Origin: Utricularia gibba | Lineage: Eukaryota; Plantae; Magnoliophyta | Direction of reading: 5' to 3' | NCBI GenBank assembly: GCA_002189035.1 | Contig: NEEC01000039.1 | Location: 1-31,175 of the forward strand | DNA length: 31,175 nt | Part shown: one piece after another, positions 22,601 to 31,175 of the stretch | How positions within the stretch are numbered: the first letter of the stretch is position 1 | Layout: each line of letters begins with the position of its first letter | Made by a program: the position numbers and the translations under genes | Notes under the pieces: model-generated | Told to the model about the DNA's origin: nothing | The model's input: the letters and a program-made list of their open reading frames with translations, nothing else | The model's database searches: none

Positions 22601-25600
22601 GGTCGAATTATAAGGGGAGGTGTGCGTTTGTTCCGTGAGCTATGTGGATTCGAAGCACAAGTGCTGGGTGGTCGAGTTATGGACTTTGGGTTAGGAGTGG
22701 CTACACTCTGGATCCACGATCGATATGTTCTTCGATGCTCTATGACTCATTTCTCATTCAATGATGTCCACTCAATAGTAGCTTACGTGGCTCGCAACGT
22801 ATGTTTGATATAGATGACATCCTTTAACCTGTATGGTCGAAGGTTTTCTCCTCCCAAACGTATAGCGGCATGCCCACTTTCGTGTCCAAATATTCAGGAG
22901 GTCGGGGTGGTAGCCATCTAACGGCTGGATAGCACATCCACATCGTATGTGCTCCGTAGAATGAATCCGAAAATGTTAATGTTTCCAACGCACGTTGTTG
23001 GAGATCGGGAAAGTACATGGAGTGTCCTTGGCCACATTCTAGTATTCATTGGATGCTGGCTGAGTTTGTTGCACAACAAAACACCCTCAAACGAGTAGCG
23101 ATGGTGCACCATGATCCGCCATGGAGTGAACTCGTGACTCCTCTGCGTAAGTCTCACTTTGTTTCCATGGAAGATCATAAGGGAAAGCAATAGGAAAAAC
23201 TAAGAAGTACTTGGTATCGTTGATGTTACAACCCTGCATCATTGATCCTGATGTACCCCCTTCGTATCGTTGGACGACACATCAGTGGTGAAGTACTTGG
23301 CTAGAGTCCATGGGTTGGACTTTACGGTCCTATGGACGTGCGCATCAGTGCTGGTCTAATCTCCACGCATCCTCATATCTTTCAACGGCCGCGATAATAG
23401 ACCAACGGTCTCCTTGTCCAGTCCATTCGCTAAGGAGTCCAGAACACCTGAAGGTAACGGCAAAGCTTGCGAGGCCCGTCCAGCAACGGAGAAAAGAAAG
23501 GAAGTAGTGCGCATGGATGTGAACGCCTAAAAGAGCGTGGGAGTTTGCACTAGAGACCATCAACCCGTTGAATCGTGTCGATGCTTGAGGGAAGACGACC
23601 ACCCATTCATCTTTGTACGTTGCATCGGACCTGGTTGAAAGTGAGGACGGAAAATTGGCTACACTCGTAAAGGTGCACGAGCAGTATGCTCAATCGGATG
23701 ATGGTCAAGCCGTTAGCATACGGAAAACACACTCGCGTGTTGCGCACGCGGCTTTAACGATTGCTTAACCGAGTGATCCCTTCTCTATGTCCATCCACAA
23801 TCTGGGTAAAAGGCATCCGGAGGTCAGGCATTGGAATGTCGTAAGGTATGAAGTATGCATGTTGCAAGGCGTGACCTGCTTGCGAAGCAATACCGATCCA
23901 TTCCACGTTACCCGCTTCTTTGCAAAGCCTGGAGGGAGAATGGAATTTTGCATCAGGAGTGGATGCCATGGGGGTCGAATTATAAGGGGAGGTGTGCGTT
24001 TGTTCCGTGAGCTATGTGGATTCGAAGCACAAGTGCTGGGTGGTCGAGTTATGGACTTTGGGTTAGGAGTGGCTACACTCTGGATCCACGATCGATATGT
24101 TCTTCGATGCTCTATGACTCATTTCTCATTCAATGATGTCCACTCAATAGTAGCTTACGTGGCTCGCAACGTATGTTTGATATAGATGACATCCTTTAAC
24201 CTGTATGGTCGAAGGTTTTCTCCTCCCAAACGTATAGCGGCATGCCCACTTTCGTGTCCAAATATTCAGGAGGTCGGGGTGGTAGCCATCTAACGGCTGG
24301 ATAGCACATCCACATCGTATGTGCTCCGTAGAATGAATCCGAAAATGTTAATGTTTCCAACGCACGTTGTTGGAGATCGGGAAAGTACATGGAGTGTCCT
24401 TGGCCACATTCTAGTATTCATTGGATGCTGGCTGAGTTTGTTGCACAACAAAACACCCTCAAACGAGTAGCGATGGTGCACCATGATCCGCCATGGAGTG
24501 AACTCGTGACTCCTCTGCGTAAGTCTCACTTTGTTTCCATGGAAGATCATAAGGGAAAGCAATAGGAAAAACTAAGAAGTACTTGGTATCGTTGATGTTA
24601 CAACCCTGCATCATTGATCCTGATGTACCCCCTTCGTATCGTTGGACGACACATCAGTGGTGAAGTACTTGGCTAGAGTCCATGGGTTGGACTTTACGGT
24701 CCTATGGACGTGCGCATCAGTGCTGGTCTAATCTCCACGCATCCTCATATCTTTCAACGGCCGCGATAATAGACCAACGGTCTCCTTGTCCAGTCCATTC
24801 GCTAAGGAGTCCAGAACACCTGAAGGTAACGGCAAAGCTTGCGAGGCCCGTCCAGCAACGGAGAAAAGAAAGGAAGTAGTGCGCATGGATGTGAACGCCT
24901 AAAAGAGCGTGGGAGTTTGCACTAGAGACCATCAACCCGTTGAATCGTGTCGATGCTTGAGGGAAGACGACCACCCATTCATCTTTGTACGTTGCATCGG
25001 ACCTGGTTGAAAGTGAGGACGGAAAATTGGCTACACTCGTAAGGTGCACGAGCAGTATGCTGAATCGGATGATGGTCAAGCCGTTAGCATACGGAAAACA
25101 CACTCGCGTGTTGCGCACGCGGCTTTAACGATTGCTTAACCGAGTGATCCCTTCTCTATCCATCCACAATCTGGGTAAAAGGCATCCGGAGGTCAGGCAT
25201 TGGAATGTCGTAAGGTATGAAGTATGCATGTTGCAAGGCGTGACCTGCTTGCGAAGCAATACCGATCCATTCCACGTTACCCGCTTCTTTGCAAAGCCTG
25301 GAGGGAGAATGGAATTTTGCATCAGGAGTGGATGCCATGGGGGTCGAATTATAAGGGGAGGTGTGCGTTTGTTCCGTGAGCTATGTGGATTCGAAGCACA
25401 AGTGCTGGGTGGTCGAGTTATGGACTTTGGGTTAGGAGTGGCTACACTCTGGATCCACGATCGATATGTTCTTCGATGCTCTATGACTCATTTCTCATTC
25501 AATGATGTCCACTCAATAGTAGCTTACGTGGCTCGCAACGTATGTTTGATATAGATGACATCCTTTAACCTGTATGGTCGAAGGTTTTCTCCTCCCAAAC

Positions 25601-28600
25601 GTATAGCGGCATGCCCACTTTCGTGTCCAAATATTCAGGAGGTCGGGGTGGTAGCCATCTAACGGCTGGATAGCACATCCACATCGTATGTGCTCCGTAG
25701 AATGAATCCGAAAATGTTAATGTTTCCAACGCACGTTGTTGGAGATCGGGAAAGTACATGGAGTGTCCTTGGCCACATTCTAGTATTCATTGGATGCTGG
25801 CTGAGTTTGTTGCACAACAAAACACCCTCAAACGAGTAGCGATGGTGCACCATGATCCGCCATGGAGTGAACTCGTGACTCCTCTGCGTAAGTCTCACTT
25901 TGTTTCCATGGAAGATCATAAGGGAAAGCAATAGGAAAAACTAAGAAGTACTTGGTATCGTTGATGTTACAACCCTGCATCATTGATCCTGATGTACCCC
26001 CTTCGTATCGTTGGACGACACATCAGTGGTGAAGTACTTGGCTAGAGTCCATGGGTTGGACTTTACGGTCCTATGGACGTGCGCATCAGTGCTGGTCTAA
26101 TCTCCACGCATCCTCATATCTTTCAACGGCCGCGATAATAGACCAACGGTCTCCTTGTCCAGTCCATTCGCTAAGGAGTCCAGAACACCTGAAGGTAACG
26201 GCAAAGCTTGCGAGGCCCGTCCAGCAACGGAGAAAAGAAAGGAAGTAGTGCGCATGGATGTGAACGCCTAAAAGAGCGTGGGAGTTTGCACTAGAGACCA
26301 TCAACCCGTTGAATCGTGTCGATGCTTGAGGGAAGACGACCACCCATTCATCTTTGTACGTTGCATCGGACCTGGTTGAAAGTGAGGACGGAAAATTGGC
26401 TACACTCGTAAAGGTGCACGAGCAGTATGCTGAATCGGATGATGGTCAAGCCGTTAGCATACGGAAAACACACTCGCGTGTTGCGCACGCGGCTTTAACG
26501 ATTGCTTAACCGAGTGATCCCTTCTCTATGTCCATCCACAATCTGGGTAAAAGGCATCCGGAGGTCAGGCATTGGAATGTCGTAAGGTATGAAGTATGCA
26601 TGTTGCAAGGCGTGACCTGCTTGCGAAGCAATACCGATCCATTCCACGTTACCCGCTTCTTTGCAAAGCCTGGAGGGAGAATGGAATTTTGCATCAGGAG
26701 TGGATGCCATGGGGGTCGAATTATAAGGGGAGGTGTGCGTTTGTTCCGTGAGCTATGTGGATTCGAAGCACAAGTGCTGGGTGGTCGAGTTATGGACTTT
26801 GGGTTAGGAGTGGCTACACTCTGGATCCACGACCGATATGTTCTTCGATGCTCTATGACTCATTTCTCATTCAATGATGTCCACTCAATAGTAGCTTACG
26901 TGGCTCGCAACGTATGTTTGATATAGATGACATCCTTTAACCTGTATGGTCGAAGGTTTTCTCCTCCCAAACGTATAGCGGCATGCCCACTTTCGTGTCC
27001 AAATATTCAGGAGGTCGGGGTGGTAGCCATCTAACGGCTGGATAGCACATCCACATCGTATGTGCTCCGTAGAATGAATCCGAAAATGTTAATGTTTCCA
27101 ACGCACGTTGTTGGAGATCGGGAAAGTACATGGAGTGTCCTTGGCCACATTCTAGTATTCATTGGATGCTGGCTGAGTTTGTTGCACAACAAAACACCCT
27201 CAAACGAGTAGCGATGGTGCACCATGATCCGCCATGGAGTGAACTCGTGACTCCTCTGCGTAAGTCTCACTTTGTTTCCATGGAAGATCATAAGGGAAAG
27301 CAATAGGAAAAACTAAGAAGTACTTGGTATCGTTGATGTTACAACCCTGCATCATTGATCCTGATGTACCCCCTTCGTATCGTTGGACGACACATCAGTG
27401 GTGAAGTACTTGGCTAGAGTCCATGGGTTGGACTTTACGGTCCTATGGACGTGCGCATCAGTGCTGGTCTAATCTCCACGCATCCTCATATCTTTCAACG
27501 GCCGCGATAATAGACCAACGGTCTCCTTGTCCAGTCCATTCGCTAAGGAGTCCAGAACACCTGAAGGTAACGGCAAAGCTTGCGAGGCCCGTCCAGCAAC
27601 GGAGAAAAGAAAGGAAGTAGTGCGCATGGATGTGAACGCCTAAAAGAGCGTGGGAGTTTGCACTAGAGACCATCAACCCGTTGAATCGTGTCGATGCTTG
27701 AGGGAAGACGACCACCCATTCATCTTTGTACGTTGCATCGGACCTGGTTGAAAGTGAGGACGGAAAATTGGCTACACTCGTAAAGGTGCACGAGCAGTAT
27801 GCTCAATCGGATGATGGTCAAGCCGTTAGCATACGGAAAACACACTCGCGTGTTGCGCACGCGGCTTTAACGATTGCTTAACCGAGTGATCCCTTCTCTA
27901 TCCATCCACAATCTGGGTAAAAGGCATCCGGAGGTCAGGCATTGGAATGTCGTAAGGTATGAAGTATGCATGTTGCAAGGCGTGACCTGCTTGCGAAGCA
28001 ATACCGATCCATTCCACGTTACCCGCTTCTTTGCAAAGCCTGGAGGGAGAATGGAATTTTGCATCAGGAGTGGATGCCATGGGGGTCGAATTATAAGGGG
28101 ACGTGTGCGTTTGTTCCGTGAGCTATGTGGATTCGAAGCACAAGTGCTGGGTGGTCGAGTTATGGACTTTGGGTTAGGAGTGGCTACACTCTGGATCCAC
28201 GATCGATATGTTCTTCGATGCTCTATGACTCATTTCTCATTCAATGATGTCCACTCAATAGTAGCTTACGTGGCTCGCAACGTATGTTTGATATAGATGA
28301 CATCCTTTAACCTGTATGGTCGAAGGTTTTCTCCTCCCAAACGTATAGCGGCATGCCCACTTTCGTGTCCAAATATTCAGGAGGTCGGGGTGGTAGCCAT
28401 CTAACGGCTGGATAGCACATCCACATCGTATGTGCTCCGTAGAATGAATCCGAAAATGTTAATGTTTCCAACGCACGTTGTTGGAGATCGGGAAAGTACA
28501 TGGAGTGTCCTTGGCCACATTCTAGTATTCATTGGATGCTGGCTGAGTTTGTTGCACAACAAAACACCCTCAAACGAGTAGCGATGGTGCACCATGATCC

Positions 28601-31175
28601 GCCATGGAGTGAACTCGTGACTCCTCTGCGTAAGTCTCACTTTGTTTCCATGGAAGATCATAAGGGAAAGCAATAGGAAAAACTAAGAAGTACTTGGTAT
28701 CGTTGATGTTACAACCCTGCATCATTGATCCTGATGTACCCCCTTCGTATCGTTGGACGACACATCAGTGGTGAAGTACTTGGCTAGAGTCCATGGGTTG
28801 GACTTTACGGTCCTATGGACGTGCGCATCAGTGCTGGTCTAATCTCCACGCATCCTCATATCTTTCAACGGCCGCGATAATAGACCAACGGTCTCCTTGT
28901 CCAGTCCATTCGCTAAGGAGTCCAGAACACCTGAAGGTAACGGCAAAGCTTGCGAGGCCCGTCCAGCAACGGAGAAAAGAAAGGAAGTAGTGCGCATGGA
29001 TGTGAACGCCTAAAAGAGCGTGGGAGTTTGCACTAGAGACCATCAACCCGTTGAATCGTGTCGATGCTTGAGGGAAGACGACCACCCATTCATCTTTGTA
29101 CGTTGCATCGGACCTGGTTGAAAGTGAGGACGGAAAATTGGCTACACTCGTGAAGGTGCACGAGCAGTATGCTCAATCGGATGATGGTCAAGCCGTTAGC
29201 ATACGGAAAACACACTCGCGTGTTGCGCACGCGGCTTTAACGATTGCTTAACCGAGTGATCCCTTCTCTATGTCCATCCACAATCTGGGTAAAAGGCATC
29301 CGGAGGTCAGGCATTGGAATGTCGTAAGGTATGAAGTATGCATGTTGCAAGGCGTGACCTGCTTGCGAAGCAATACCGATCCATTCCACGTTACCCGCTT
29401 CTTTGCAAAGCCTGGAGGGAGAATGGAATTTTGCATCAGGAGTGGATGCCATGGGGGTCGAATTATAAGGGGAGTGTGCGTTTGTTCCGTGAGCTATGTG
29501 GATTCGAAGCACAAGTGCTGGGTGGTCGAGTTATGGACTTTGGGTTAGGAGTGGCTACACTCTGGATCCACGATCGATATGTTCTTCGATGCTCTATGAC
29601 TCATTTCTCATTCAATGATGTCCACTCAATAGTAGCTTACGTGGCTCGCAACGTATGTTTGATATAGATGACATCCTTTAACCTGTATGGTCGAAGGTTT
29701 TCTCTCCCAAACGTATAGCGGCATGCCCACTTTCGTGTCCAAATATTCAGGAGGTCGGGGTGGTAGCCATCTAACGGCTGGATAGCACATCCACATCGTA
29801 TGTGCTCCGTAGAATGAATCCGAAAATGTTAATGTTTCCAACGCACGTTGTTGGAGATCGGGAAAGTACATGGAGTGTCCTTGGCCACATTCTAGTATTC
29901 ATTGGATGCTGGCTGAGTTTGTTGCACAACAAAACACCCTCAAACGAGTAGCGATGGTGCACCATGATCCGCCATGGAGTGAACTCGTGACTCCTCTGCG
30001 TAAGTCTCACTTTGTTTCCATGGAAGATCATAAGGGAAAGCAATAGGAAAAACTAAGAAGTACTTGGTATCGTTGATGTTACAACCCTGCATCATTGATC
30101 CTGATGTACCCCCTTCGTATCGTTGGACGACACATCAGTGGTGAAGTACTTGGCTAGAGTCCATGGGTTGGACTTTACGGTCCTATGGACGTGCGCATCA
30201 GTGCTGGTCTAATCTCCACGCATCCTCATATCTTTCAACGGCCGCGATAATAGACCAACGGTCTCCTTGTCCAGTCCATTCGCTAAGGAGTCCAGAACAC
30301 CTGAAGGTAACGGCAAAGCTTGCGAGGCCCGTCCAGCAACGGAGAAAAGAAAGGAAGTAGTGCGCATGGATGTGAACGCCTAAAAGAGCGTGGGAGTTTG
30401 CACTAGAGACCATCAACCCGTTGAATCGTGTCGATGCTTGAGGGAAGACGACCACCCATTCATCTTTGTACGTTGCATCGGACCTGGTTGAAAGTGAGGA
30501 CGGAAAATTGGCTACACTCGTGAAGGTGCACGAGCAGTATGCTCAATCGGATGATGGTCAAGCCGTTAGCATACGGAAAACACACTCGCGTGTTGCGCAC
30601 GCGGCTTTAACTATTGCTTAACCGAGTGATCCCTTCTCTATGTCCATCCACAATCTGGGTAAAAGGCATCCGGAGGTCAGGCATTGGAATGTCGTAAGGT
30701 ATGAAGTATGCATGTTGCAAGGCGTGACCTGCTTGCGAAGCAATACCGATCCATTCCACGTTACCCGCTTCTTTGCAAAGCCTGGAGGGAGAATGGAATT
30801 TTGCATCAGGAGTGGATGCCATGGGGGTCGAATTATAAGGGGACGTGTGCGTTTGTTCCGTGAGCTATGTGGATTCGAAGCACAAGTGCTGGGTGGTCGA
30901 GTTATGGACTTTGGGTTAGGAGTGGCTACACTCTGGATCCACGATCGATATGTTCTTCGATGCTCTATGACTCATTTCTCATTCAATGATGTCCACTCAA
31001 TAGTAGCTTACGTGGCTCGCAACGTATGTTTGATATAGATGACATCCTTTAACCTGTATGGTCGAAGGTTTTCTCCTCCCAAACGTATAGCGGCATGCCC
31101 ACTTTCGTGTCCAAATATTCAGGAGGTCGGGGTGGTAGCCATCTAACGGCTGGATAGCACATCCACATCGTATGT

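Larger units (their letters stand above)
1..31175. repeat. Tandem array (macrosatellite) of a 1,372-bp monomer, about 22.7 copies, extending past both window edges
   Basis: The arbitrary phase marker ACTTTACGGTCCTATGG recurs at 1, 1371, 2743, 4114, 5485, 6857, 8228, 9600, 10972, 12344, 13716, 15088, 16460, 17831, 19203, 20575, 21947, 23319, 24691, 26060, 27432, 28802 and 30172. Spacings are 1369-1372 bp, and each deviation from 1372 is explained by a specific 1-2 bp indel I located. The ORF track repeats with the same period. All copies are in the same orientation with no spacer. Confidence 0.99.

Noticed and set aside
27-30822. The recurring 60-133-aa ORFs (MGWTLRS..., MVVFPQ..., MASTPD..., MQNSIL..., MYFPDL..., MLSLMI..., MSHRAS..., MRNTRV...) as real genes
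   Set aside because: They are short, overlap on opposite strands, have no recognisable domain, and several change length with single indels. They are consistent with chance or antisense-shadow ORFs multiplied by the repeat.
1-31175. CRISPR array or repeat-spacer system
   Set aside because: The entire 1,372-bp unit is repeated. There are no unique spacers, no 23-50-bp repeat with variable inserts and no cas-like ORF.
1-31175. Concatemer encoding an endless ORF across junctions (DRT2/neo-like), or a giant repeat protein
   Set aside because: The unit length is 3n+1 and every + frame has at least about 11 stops per unit. The longest ORF on either strand in the track is 140 aa.

Overview
The whole 31,175-bp window is one head-to-tail tandem array of a 1,372-bp monomer: 22 complete copies plus a 1,004-bp partial copy, with unit lengths of 1,369-1,372 bp. 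GC is about 48.5% by hand count. Copies differ at only about a dozen positions that I could find. The array runs off both window ends. I found no intact gene, RNA gene, CRISPR array or transposon terminus, and the ORF track is the same handful of short ORFs repeated. Manual frameshift-tolerant translation of the + strand shows a colinear series of motifs over about 1.05 kb of each monomer. They resemble the Plant Mobile Domain (PMD, aminotransferase-like PF10536, MAIN/MAIL family): VDA(W)REDDHPFIF, GKLATLVKV-x8-DGQAV, WGS, LFRELC, LGG, LWIHDR, FD-x-MT, W-x-A...VE*, R-x5-G and Y-x-WYR. The best reading is a long-monomer (macro)satellite, probably from a plant, formed by very recent amplification of an already heavily decayed PMD-bearing transposon fragment. 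This homology was matched by eye against a remembered consensus and needs an HMM check. Shared variants fall at five positions, four of them tri-allelic with a deletion allele. That mixes a real gene-conversion signal with probable consensus or assembly artefact.
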